Assembly (NCBI GenBank): GCA_040954595.2 | Contig: CM082592.2 | Span: 248,001-312,000 of the forward strand | Length of the DNA: 64,000 bases | Source: Balanoglossus misakiensis | Taxonomy: Eukaryota; Animalia; Hemichordata | Direction: 5' to 3' | In this document: one piece after another, positions 50,901-63,443 of the stretch | Numbering within the stretch: the first letter of the stretch is position 1 | Layout of the letters: each line of letters starts with the position of its first letter | The notes under the pieces: model-generated | Database searches by the model: none | Told to the model about the DNA's origin: nothing | The model's input: the letters and a program-made list of their open reading frames with translations, nothing else | Position numbers and translations under genes: made by a program

Positions 50901-53633
50901 TCGACTAAAACCCCGGTAAACCATGACAGACACTAGCGTTCGTTAGCAACGGTGATCAAGTCGGATTTCCTTCGGCCTGGCTCTGCAAAAGACCCGACAC
51001 TCTAGTACAAAGACGTTGGCTAAGTCGGGCAAACCGAAGAGGGAAAGTCACAGCGGGTCAACACTCGACATTTGTTCGGGTAGGACTGCATTATTGCCTG
51101 TCAATTTATAGAGAAAGCCCGAATTTAACCAGGGCGCTTCAAACACCGACGTTAGTTGGGAGCACGGCCTGCAGTACTGCCGGGTAAGCTGACATCGGCG
51201 TACCGCATATAATGTAGGGGGGGGGGGGGAACAGAACGGTTCAATACTACATTCATTAGATATCAGCTAATTTTTGACAATCATCTAAAATCTAAATCAT
51301 TTTTTCATATTTGGATATCTGATGATGTATGAAATTTCCATTATATGTAAAAATGGTGCTTATTATAAAACATGCACTCTGAATGAACTGATTTAATACA
51401 AGATTTCGTTTTATTCGTTTTTGCACCAAAAAGGTCATTTTTAGGCAAAACATTCTTTATTTTTTTAATTCGGTGACCTGATCATATATAAACAATTGCT
51501 TGTATGTTAAAAGTTTTTATGACTTTTAAAAGCAGTGACACTGGCGGCATTCATCACGAAAATAACAATTTTAGCCACAATTTGGTCAAAATGGTAAATT
51601 TTTGAAAATTACAAAAAATACCCGTTTTCTAAATTTTCGGAAATCTGATGGAGTATAGAATGCTCTTCGTATGTATATATCGATACAAATTCCACAAATG
51701 ACCGTCTAATTTGGCTCACTGCAGACAAAATTGCGTTTTACCAAATTTTCCTTGAAAATGTCATTTTTAGAAGAAAAAAAAAAAAAAACCTTTGTTCTTC
51801 GAATTAGGTGCCCTGATCATATATGACATGTTGATTGTAAGTTAAGACTTTCGACCACTCCAAAAATGCAGAGATATTGACAGAATTCAAGAAAAAATAG
51901 CCATTTTGGCCATATTTTGTCAAAAATTGTAATTTTTTAAAAAATCATAAAAAAATAACTCTTTTCTTCATTTTCGGAAATATTATGGAGCATAAAGTGT
52001 CGTTCTCTTGTAAAAAGTGCTGCAAATTCCAGAAAAGGCGGTATAATTTGAATCATCCAAGACAAAATTACCATTTTCGACTTTTTTTCGAAAAATTATC
52101 TTTTTTACAAAATAAATAAGAATAAATTCTTTTCTTAGTTTCAAACGGGTAGAGATACTTTCCACACGGGTTTTCTAACATTGAATTCCCGTTCATCAAC
52201 TCAGATTTCTTACAGCATAAGTCGGCTAAAACCCTGACACTCTAGAGCAGAAACAGTTGCACACTGGTAACGTTGAACAAGTCGATTTTTCTACGGCCTG
52301 GCTCGGCTAAATCTCCGTCACAATATGACAGACACTAGCGTAGGTTAGCAACGGTGATCAAGTCAGATTTTCTACGGCATGGCTTGGATAAAGCCCCGGC
52401 ACTCTAGAGCAGAATCACGCGTACAGAGACCACGTTGATCAAGTCTGATCTCCTACGGCTTGGCTCGACTAAAACCCCGGCACACTATGACAGACACTAG
52501 CGTTCGTTAGCAACGTTGATCAAGTCAGATTTCCTACGGCATGGCTTGGCTAAAGCCCTGGCACTCTAGAGCAGAAACACGCGTACAGAGACCACGTTGA
52601 TCTACTCACATTTCCTTCGGCCTGGCACGGCTGATGCCCCGGCACTATATATAGGACACAAACTGGCGTAAGTTAACAACGGTAATCACGTCGGGTTTCC
52701 TACGGCCTGGCTCAGCTGAAGCCCCGGCACTCTAGAGCAGAAACAGGCGTACATTGACCACGTTGATCCAGTAAGATTTCCTACGGCGTGACTCGGCTGG
52801 TGCACCGGCTCTATATGACACAGACTGGCGTAAGTTATCAATGGTGATTACATCGGATTTCCTACGGCCTGGTTTAGCTGAAGCCCCGGCACTTTAGAGC
52901 GGAAACACGCGTACATTGACCACGATGATCAAGTCAGTTCTCATACGGCCTGGCTCGACTAAAACCCCGGTACACCATGACAGACACTAGCGTTCGTTAG
53001 CAACGGTGATCAAGTCGGATTTCCTTCGGCCTGGCTCTGCAAAAGACCCAACACTCTAGTACAAAGACGTTGGCTAAGTCGGGCAAACCGAAGAGGGAAA
53101 GTCACAGCGGGTCAACACTCGACATTTGTTCGGGTAGGACTGCATTATTGCCTGTCAATTTATAGAGAAAGCCCGAATTTAACCAGGGCGCTTCAAACAC
53201 CGACGTTAGTTGGGAGCACGGCCTGCAGTACTGCCGGGTAAGCTGACATCGGCGTACCGCATATAATGTAGGGGGGGGGGGACAGAACGGTTCAATACTA
53301 CATTTATTAGATATCAGCTAAATTTGGACAATCATCTAAAATCTAAATCATTTTTTCATATTTGGATATCTGATGATGTATGAAATTTCCATCATATGTA
53401 AAAATGGTGCTGATTATAAAAAATGCACTCTGAATGAGCTGATTTAATACAAAATTGCGTTTTATTCGTTTTTGCACCAAAAAGGTCATTTTTCGGCAAA
53501 ACATTCTTTATTTTTTTTAATTCCGTGACCTGATCATATATAAACAATTGCTTGTATGTTAAAAGTTTTTATGACTTTTAAAAGCTGTGACACTGGCGGC
53601 ATTCAACACGAAAATAACAATTTTAGCTCAATT

Positions 53634-53969
53634 TGTATGGAGAAGTGAGAGATTTACTCCAGAAGGATCACGTGACGGAAACTCTTACCCTATCAGAGTT
53701 GACTTTGTTTCCCGCCAAACTTTATACTTGTAGCAGATTTATTGTAATTTTTGAGTGTTTGCTCCGGCGTTCGTGGGACTTATATATAACCCAGTTTTGG
53801 CGCTTTCGGGCAGCTTTTTGTAAGGAGCTCTGTGGTGTTACTTTGTTGTTGGATTCAGATGGCAAAAAACCAGTGTTTTACCCCGCATTGAATCGTTCGC
53901 TTCTTTTCCGACGTCAGTATACTCGAACCCCCTCCCGGGAGTATTGATCACTGCCACGATACTTCCCCA
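53634..53969 (+). repeat. 5' LTR (336 bp)
   Basis: tgtatggagaag...cttcccca, a direct repeat of 59807-60140. TATA-like tatatataa at ~53781. Confidence 0.93.
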
Positions 53970-53975
53970 CATTTT

Positions 53976-53993
53976 TGGTGCCGAGACCAGGAT
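53976..53993 (+). promoter_or_regulatory. Primer-binding site, probably tRNA-His
   Basis: TGGTGCCGAGACCAGGAT matches the complement of an invertebrate tRNA-His 3' end (TGGTGCCGTGACCAGGAT, from memory) at 17/18 positions. Confidence 0.7.
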
Positions 53994-54004
53994 AACCGAG
54001 CAAG

Positions 54005-57000
54005 ATGTCGGAACAAGAACACATCGCGCCACAAGATGGACAACAAGAGGATCAGCCAACAGCGTTGACAAAACTGAAGAGATCGCGTCGTGGTCAACGC
54101 GCACAAGTGACCCGACTGTTCAACTGGGCCGACACCCTCATGAACAATTTCGTAGACGTCGGTACAGACAAGCCGACTACACTCGACACGCTGGAAGGGC
54201 TGAACGAACAACTTTCGAACAAGATCCGTCTACTCGCCGACCTCGAGGTGAGAATCCTCGATCTAATTGACGATGAACACTTTGACGAAGAAAATGAAAC
54301 TTCAGGCGACTACCAGGCCGAAATCTTCGAACACAATCATCGCATCGCATCTTTCATCAAGAAAAACAAATCGGAGATGCGGACAACTACTACTAGTACT
54401 GGTAATGTAACGGGAAGCAGCCTCGGCAACGCGACGCCTCGTAAAACAGTAACTCTACCGAAACTCCAGCTGCAAACTTTCTCAGGCAATGTAATAGAAT
54501 GGTCGAGTTTCTTCGATGTATTCAAGTCTTCGATACATTCGGACACTAATTCGGACAACATTCAGAAGTTTACGTATTTGCGGAGTGTACTCAAAGATGA
54601 AGCAGCGAGAACAATCAACGGATTGCCACTCACCGAATCAAACTACTCGCACGCGATTGACTTATTGACCGAAAGATACGGACAAACCCATCTCATAGTA
54701 GATGCTCATATGACCGCGTTGTGGAATCTACAAAGCCCACCCGCCGACGTACAAAGTTTAAGGCATTTCTACGACTTGATTGAAAATCACGTTCGAGGTC
54801 TTCAGTCGCTGGGTAAGGAGGAAACCACATACGGCGAACTTTTGGTTCCAATAATACGGGAGAAATTACCTCCTAACATTCGAGAGCAGATAGCAAGAAA
54901 ACATGGTAATGCTGCGTGGACATTAGCAGATCTACGAAAAGCCATTCAACACGAGATAAACGCCCTTCAAGCCGGCAACCGGGTCGACGAGATAACAATG
55001 GCCACTACCAGAGAACCGGAAATAACCGCGTTTCACACGAAAACGCAGATGACAGGTAAACAAAAGTTTCGCGCCCCTGTCAAAACGTGCCCGTTCTGCA
55101 AAGGGTCACACTTCACGTCAAATTGCACTGTGGTAACTGATATGCGCGAGAGACTGGACATTGTGAAGAAGGACAGACTATGTTTTAATTGCTTTGGAAA
55201 ACATATAGTTGCGGAGTGTAAATCAAAATACTCCTGCAGAAAGTGTGTTAAACGTCATCACTCTGCGCTACACTAGGACGTTCCCACCGCTACAACGACG
55301 CCATCCGGAGCGTCGTCCTCGCCATCGCCATCATCAAGTACTTCTGATGTCAAAGTAACATTGACTAATACCGATACATTTACGGATAAGAAGATAAACA
55401 CTGGGCCAGTGCTGCTGAAAACTGCGTTTGTACCACTGTCTGTCGGACGGGGAACCCCCATACATGCCGTCATCCTGTTTGATGAAGGAGCAAATAAGAC
55501 ATTCGTCACTGAGAGATTCGCCCGTCAGCTGTCCGCGAAAGCTGCGCGGCACGAACACATAAAGTTATCGACCTTCGGCGGCAAGGATTCCAAAGTACGC
55601 ACCATGGGATTCACCGAACTAACTGCTCATGAACTGAACGGGAATACTTCAACTATTCACGCGATGATAATTCCAGAGATATCGTCGGACTTAACAAATC
55701 ACATTTCTCAGGAAGTCCGCAATATGAGCTACCTGAAAGGGCTACCATTCGCACATCCAGTTTCGAGTGATCAATCGTGGCCAATTGATGTTCTAATCGG
55801 AGCCGACCAATATTGGAATTTCGTGGGCTCACACGTTATTTCTGGCGCGTCCGGCCCCACTGCTGTGTCATCCAAATTTGGATACTTACTCTCCGGACCC
55901 CTCGGAACTCCCAAAGTGGATTCTAATGCGCATATCTTACACGTGATTTCTACTGCTGATACCAGTAACGTAGTTTCAGAGAACTCTATCAACGGACTGC
56001 ATGGAGATCGCGCAACGGACATGTATACACCGATGGATAGTACTGCGATCGGCCGAGAACCACAGGTCCAAAATATGTGGGACCTTGAATTGATCGATAT
56101 TCAGGACAATCCAACGGTTGATGAACAGTTAACGTACGAGTCTTACAGAGACACGCACTTGAGAGTTGACCGAGGAAAATACGTAGCTAAACTACCGTGG
56201 AAGGAAGATCACCCTCCACTACCCACCAACTACGATGTCGCCATGAAACGCACGCGTAATATGATACGCAGGTTACCCTCTGAACTCATCAAGAAATATG
56301 ACGACATAATCAATGAACAGAGACGTCGCGACTTCATCGGAGAGGTTGACGAAGATGACGTGAATATCGGACACTATTTGCCACATCGTCCGGTGGTTAA
56401 GAATTCGACCACAACACCCATTCGCATCGTTTATGATTGCTCTTGTAAGAAGGATTCTAATTATCCAAGTTTGAATGATTGCTTGCAAACTGGACCGTCA
56501 TTAATAAATGACCTGCCAGCGATTCTGCTGAGATTCCGCGCCAATAACATTGCTTTCACAGCTGACATTGAGAAAGCATTCCTGAACATTCGGTTGGAAG
56601 AAGATGAGAGGAAATTCACGAAATTTCTGTGGCTGTCGGACATTAACGACCCAGAAAGTGACTTCATAACTTTGCAGTTTAAGTCTGTCTTGTTTGGAGC
56701 AGTCTGTTCCCCATTCATCCTCAATGCGGTTATCAAGACGCATTTAGAGAACAATAGTCAACTTCCCACCGCTGACAGATTGGTAAATAATATCTATGTG
56801 GATAATGTGATCGATGGAGTTGATACTGCAGAAATCGCCATGAAATACTACCATGAAGCCAATGAGTTGATGACATCAGGCGGATTCAAACTCAGAGCAT
56901 GGTCTTCCAACTGTCAACAAATAAACGAACTCGCTACATGTGACAATCTGAACGAACCCACCGAAGATGTATCCGTTTTGGGAATGCAGTGGTCAACAAA

Positions 57001-59634
57001 ATCTGACGAATTGACTTACTCCAAAGTGGTTAATATGTCGTCGCGTGCCGAACTCATGACCAAACGTGACATTGTCAGCTATGTGGCGATGCTATTTGAT
57101 CCGTTTGGATTTCTCGCCCCTGTAATGATCAAAGCCAAATTGTTCATTCAGTTACTATGGAAACTGGAATTAGACTGGGATGAACCTATCAACGCAGATC
57201 TCTACACTCAATGGATGCACATCGCAGAAGATCTCAAAGACTCGCGAAACACGAAGATCGAACGACAATATTTTGATGAACTTGAAGGCGACAATGAATG
57301 CGAGCTACACGCCTTTGCAGACGCAAGCCAGAGAGCGTATGGGGCAGTAGTGTATTTGAAAAGAGGACAGCAAACGTCGTTTGTGATGGCGAAGACTAGA
57401 ACCGCAACAGTGGCTGAAACTACACTCCCGCGACTGGAATTGATGGCTGCGTTAATAGCCACACGTCTCAGCAAGTACGCTAAAGAAGCCCTGTCCTCCA
57501 AATATGACATAGTTCGTTGTTATTTATGGAGTGACAGCCAAATTGTCCTTCACTGGCTGAACAGTGAGAAGAGACTTCCGGTCTTTGTGAAGAATCGAGT
57601 AGATGAAATTCGCGAATTTCAGTCCACAAAGAAATACTGCCCATCAGAACACAACCCAGCTGATCTTTTAACCAGAGGGGTAACCTACGAAATGATGGAA
57701 CGCTCTGAACTATGGCGTAATGGACCAACATGGCTAAAGACAAGCGATTGGCCTAGTTGCCCAGCGTTTGATGTTAATGTGATGCATACCGCAATCGAAC
57801 CAGATGAGACGGACAGATTGCCGCCGCGTTTCGGCAACGGAATCAACGATCAGTCTACCGAGAACGCAGAAATACTCGCTCCCCCAAAGCCAGACGATGT
57901 ACAGATCGCGAAAATCTGGAAATTACCAGTCCCAATGACTACGGAATTCAACACGTTGTTGACATTTCCAGATTCAACAACTTGGATAGGCTACTAGTAT
58001 TACGAGTGACAAGTTATGTCCTCAGATTCATCGCACGGATGAAAAAATCTACCGAGGTGAAACACGGGAGAACTACCCCTGATGAGCTGCACCGAGCGGA
58101 AAATATGTGGGTTAAACATATTCAACGGCAGTTCTATGACGCCGAAATCCAGTCTGTGAAATTGAACTTGAGTAAATGTGCGCCCATTGTTCGACAACTG
58201 AACTTATTTGTTGACGAAGAAGACGTACTTCGCTGTGGGAGTAGAATCCATAACGCGCCGATCGATTTCGTCACAAGATTTCCCGCCTTGATACCCTCGC
58301 ATCATAAATTGACAAATTTGATAATACGGAAATCACACGAACTGACGCTTCACCAGGGAGTCCAATCTACAGTGACACAGATAAGGCAAAGATATTGGAT
58401 CCCCAAAATTCGGATTATTGTACGCGGTGTCTTACGTGGTTGTGTCATTTGCAACAAAGTTACCGGGAAACCTTACGCGAATCCAGTGCAAGCGCCGCTA
58501 CCAAGTTATCGAGTGAACATTGTCCCAGCATTTACTGTAACAGGCGTGGATTTCACGGGTCATCTTTATACCAAGGCCAAAGATGGGACACGTGCCAAAG
58601 CCTATATCTGTTTATTCACCTGTGCGGTGACGCGTGCCATTCACCTAGAACTGGTTCCTGATATGTCAACCCAGACGTTCATGCACGCGTTCAGAAGATT
58701 CGCCGCGAGACGTTCTTTGCCGAGTAGGATGCTGTCAGACAACGCATCGACTTATTTATCGGCTGCCAATGAAATCAAAACACTGTTTGATACGCCAGAA
58801 GTAAATGACTTTCTCGCCGCACATCGTGTACAATGGACGTTTATACCGAAGCGCGCGCCCTGGTTTGGTGGCTTCTGGGAGAGGCTGATTGCTTTGACAA
58901 AGAACGCTATTAGGAAAACTCTCGGTCGAGCTTACCTAACCTTTGATGAACTCGCAACAGTTGTGACTGAAATTGAAGCCGTTTTAAACGACAGGCCGTT
59001 AACGTACGTGTCATCCAGTATAAACGACAACATTGGATTGACCCCAAATCACTAGCTACATGGAAGGACACTGACCTCATTGCCGTACATCGAGATCACC
59101 GACGAAGAGGTGATTGACCCATCTTACTGTGATAATCGTGAAATCAACAAAAGATATGAACATCTATCAAGATTACACGATCAATTTTGGCGAAGATGGT
59201 CGTCCGAGTATCTGACTGCCCTACGTGAATGACATCCCACCAAAGGAACTCGTGATAATGTCATCAAGGTCGGAGATGTCGTGATAATACACAGTGACAC
59301 TGACAAACGTCCGAAATGGCATTTAGGAACTGTAACAAGGTTGATCTTCGGTAATGATAAACTGGTACGATCTGCGGAGTTGAACACCGCAGGTGGTCCT
59401 ACAAACCGACCTATCCATAAATTGTACCCATTGGAAGTTGTCTCCAAGGAGCTGTCAACTGTGTCTGGAGATAATACAGGTATTGGAGTAGATTCCAACA
59501 CAAATACTGAAACAGTCGACACAGCTGGAGCCTCTGAAGATTCCTCGGTGAAGGCGGATGTTGTACCCCCGAGACGACCTGTCAGAGACTCTGCAGTTGC
59601 CGCTCGAGTACGAATAGCGGATCTCTCTATTTGA
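54005..59634 (+). pseudogene. BEL/Pao gag-pol polyprotein, inactivated
   Basis: Gag LPKLQLQTFSG plus Cys/His knuckles; protease LFDEGA; RT ADIEKAF / FGAVCSPF / YVDN; RNase H FADAS / PRLEL / WSDSQ / NPADLLTRG; integrase GVDFTG / SDNAST / WERL. Lesions: TAG 55274-76, a frameshift near 57850-57900, TAG 59053-55 and TGA ~59230. Confidence 0.93.
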
Positions 59635-59806
59635 CTTTGAAATTGGAAAACAATTTCGATCGCATTGTGACTGTTATCATGTTTACTGACACAATGAACA
59701 TTAGTTTATTATCCTTGAACACTTTAGGTGACTTTAATCATATTTCATGTTATTTGATGTTTTTTTTTATGATGATTTTCGAGACTTTCCTTTGCGCGGG
59801 GGAGAA

Positions 59807-60140
59807 TATGGAGAAGTGAGAGATTTACTCCAGAAGGATCACGTGACGGAAACTCTTACCCTATCAGAGTTGACTTTGTTTCCCGCCAAACTTTATACTT
59901 GTAGCAGATTTATTGTAATTTTTGAGTGTTTGCTCCGGCGTTCGTGGGACTTATATATAACCCAGTTTTGGCGCTTTCGTGCAGCTTTTTGTAAGGAGCT
60001 CTGTGGTGTTACTTTGTTGTTGGATTCAGATGGTAATAAACCAGTGTTTTACATAGCATTGTATCGTTCGCTTCTTTTCCGACGTCAGTATACTCGAACC
60101 ACCTCCCGGGAGTATTGATCACTGCCACGATACTTCCCCA
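59807..60140 (+). repeat. 3' LTR (334 bp; lacks the initial TG), preceded by polypurine tract GGGGGAGAA
   Basis: Direct repeat of the 5' LTR. Polypurine tract at 59798-59806; AATAAA at ~60035. Confidence 0.93.
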
Positions 60141-63100
60141 CAATTTGGTCAAAATGGTAAATTTTTGAAAATTACAAAAATACCCGTTTTCTACATTTTC
60201 GAAAATCTGATGGAGTATAAAATGCTCTTCGTATGTATATATCGATACAAATTCCACAAAAGACAGTCTAATATGGCTCACTGCAGACAAAATTGCGTTT
60301 TACAAAATTTTCCTTGAAAATGTCATTTTTAGAAAAAAAAATAAAAAAAACCTTTGTTCTTCGAATTTGGTGCCCTGATCATATATGACATGTTGATTGT
60401 ATGTTAAAACTTTCGACCACTCCAAAAATGCAGAGATATTGACGGAATTCAAGAAAAAATAGCCATTTTGGCCATATTTTGACAAAAATGGTAAATTTTT
60501 AAAAAATCATAAAAAATTAACTCTTTTCTTCATTTTCGGAAATATTATGGAGCATGAAGTGTCGTTCTCTGTAAAAAGTGCTGCAAATTCCAGAAAAGGC
60601 AGTATAATTTGAATCACCCAAGACAAAATTACCATTTTCGACTTTTTTTCGGAAAATTGTCTTTTTTACAAAATAAATAAGAATAAATTCTTTTCTTAGT
60701 TTCAAACGGGTAGAGATACTTTCCACACGGGTTTTCTAACATTGAATTCCTGTTCATCAACTCAGATTTCCTACAGCATAAGTCGACTAAAACCCTGACA
60801 CTCTAGAGCAGAAACAGTTGCACACTAGTAACTTTGAACAAGTCGATTTTTCTACGGCCTGGCTCGGCTAAATCTCCGTCACAACATGACAGACACTAGC
60901 GTACGTTAGCAAAGGTGATCAAGTCAGATTTTCTACGGCATGGCTTGGATAAAGCCCAGGCACTCTAGAGCAGAAACACGCGTACAGAGACCACGTTGAT
61001 CAAGTCTGATCTCCTACGGCTTGGCTCGACTAAAACCCAGGCACACTATGACAGACACTAGCGTTCGTTAGCAACGTTGATCAAGTCAGATTTCCTACGG
61101 CATGGCTTGGCTAAAGCCCTGGCACTCTAGAGCAGAAACACGCGTACAGAGACCACGTTGATCTACTCACATTTCCTTCGGCCAGGCACGGCTGATGCCC
61201 CGGCACTATATATAGGACACAGACTGGCGTAAGTTAACAACGGTAATCACGTCGGGTTTCCTACGGCCTGGTTTAGCTGAAGCCCCGGCACTCTAGAGCA
61301 GAAACAGGCGTACATTGACCACGATGATCAAGTCAGATCTCCTACGGCCTGGCTCGACTAAAACTCCGGCAAACCATGACAGACACTAGCGTTTGTTAGC
61401 AACGTTGATCAAGTCGGAATTCCTTCGGCCTGGCTCTGCAAAAGACCCGACACTCTTGTACAAAGATGTCGACTAAGTCGGGCAAACCGAAGAGGGAAAG
61501 TCACAGCGGGTCTACACTCGACATTTGTTCGGGTAGGACTGCATTATTACCTGTCAATTTATAGAGAAAGCCCGAATTTAACCAGGGCGTTTCAAACACC
61601 GACGTTAGTTGGGGGCACGGCCTGCAGTACTGCCGGGTAAGCTGACATCGGCGTACCGCATATAATGTAGGTGGGGGGGGGGGGACAGAACGGTTCAATA
61701 CTACATTTCTTAGATATCAGCTAATTTTGGACAATCATCTAACATCTAAATCATTTTTTCATATTTGGATATCTGATGATGTATGAAATTTCCATTATAT
61801 GTAAAAATGGTGCTGATTATAAAAAATGCACTCTGAATGAGCTGATTTAATACCAAATTACGTTTTATTCGTTTTTGCACCTAAAAGGTCATTTTTAGGC
61901 AAAACATTCTTTATTTTTTTAATTCGGTGGCCAGATCATATATAAAGAATTGCTTGTTTGTTAAAAGTTTTGATGACTTTTAAAAGCAGTGACACTGGCG
62001 GCATTCAACACGAAAATAACAATTTTAGCCACAATTTGGTCAAAATGGTAAATTTTTGAAAATTACAAAAAATACCTGTTTTCTATATCTCGGAAATCTG
62101 ATGGAGTATAGAATGCTCTTCGTATGTATATATCGATACAAATTCCACAAAAGACCGTCTAATTTGGCTCACTGCAGACAAAATTGCGTTTTACCAAATT
62201 TTCCTTGAAAATGTCATTTTTAGAAAAAAAAATAAAAAAACCTTTGTTCTTCGAATTTTGTGCCGCGATCATATATGACATGTTGATCGTATGTTAAAAC
62301 TTTCGACCACTCCAAAAATGCAGAGATATTGACGGAATTCAAGAAAAAATAGCCATTTTGGCCATATTTTGACAAAAATGGTAAATTTTTATAAAATCAT
62401 AAAAAATTAACTCTTTTCTTCATTTTCGGAAATATTATGGATCATGAAGTGTCGTTCTCTTGTAGAAAGTGCTGCAAATTCCAGAAAAGGCGGTATAATT
62501 TGAATCACCCAAGACAAAATTACCATTTTCGACTTTTTTTTCGAAAAATTGTATTGTTTTCGAAATAAATAAGAATAAATTCTTTTCTTAGTTTCAAACG
62601 GGTAGAGATACTTTCCACACGGGTTTTCTAACATTGAATTCCCGTTCATCAACTCAGATTTCCTACAGCATAAGTCGGCTAAAACCCTGACACTCTAGAG
62701 CAGAAACAGTTGCACACTGGTAACGTTGAACAAGTCGATTTTTCTACGGCCTGGCTCGGCTAAATCTCCGTCACAATATGACAGACACTAGCGTACGTTA
62801 GCAACGGTGATCAAGTCAGATTTTCTACGGCATGGCTTGGATAAAGCCCCGGCACTCTAGAGCAGAAACACGCGTACAGAGACCACGTTGATCAAGTCTG
62901 ATCTCCTACGGCTTGGCTCGACTAAAACCCCGGCACACTATGACAGACACTAGCGTTCGTAAGCAACGTTGATCAAGTCAGATTTCCTACGGCATGGCTT
63001 GGCTAAAGCCCTGGCACTATAGAGCAGAAACACGCGTACAGAGACCACGTTGATCTACTCAAATTTCCTTCGGCCTGGCACGGCTGATGCCCCGGCACTA

Positions 63101-63443
63101 TATATAGGACACAGACTGGCGTAAGTTAACAACGGTAATCACGTCGGGTTTCCTACGGCCTGGCTCAGCTGAAGCCCCGGCACTCTAGAGCAGAAACAGG
63201 CGTACATTGACCACGTTGATCAAGTCAGATTTCCTACGGCGTGACTCGGCTGGTGCACCGGCTCTATATGACACAGACTGGCGTAAGTTATCAACGGTGA
63301 TTACGTCGGATTTCCTACGGCCTGGTTTAGTTGAAGCCCCGGCACTTTAGAGCGGAAACACGCGTACATTGACCACGATGATCAAGTCATATCTCCTACG
63401 GCCTGGCTCGACTAAAACCCCGGCACACCATGACAGACACTAG

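Larger units (their letters stand above)
53634..60140 (+). mobile_element. Full-length BEL/Pao LTR retrotransposon
   Basis: Two LTRs with outer TG...CA ends, a CAATT TSD (53629-53633, 60141-60145), a PBS, a polypurine tract and gag-PR-RT-RH-IN order. The LTR 3' end is ambiguous by 2 nt (CCCCA versus CCCCACA). Confidence 0.96.
15370..63443. repeat. Composite macrosatellite (~2-kb basic unit: 81-bp monomer array, hairpin/poly-G core, AT-rich block)
   Basis: Twelve near-identical cores ending catataatgtag(G)n at ~16141, 18095, 20055, 22420, 32852, 34747, 39256, 43409, 45953, 51217, 53271 and 61670, plus three core-less deletion units. Monomer spacing is 81 bp (15386, 15467, 15552, 15633, 15714, 15795, 15876; one monomer type is 85 bp). 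Confidence 0.95.

Noticed and set aside
53633-60118. ORFs within the LTRs and antisense or alternate-frame ORFs in the BEL element
   Set aside because: They are shadow ORFs with no recognisable domain, and there is no env-like ORF.
16881-62652. Recurrent short minus-strand ORFs (MESISTRLKL..., MMNGNSMLENP...)
   Set aside because: They come from the AT-rich satellite block, and their frames change freely with homopolymer length.
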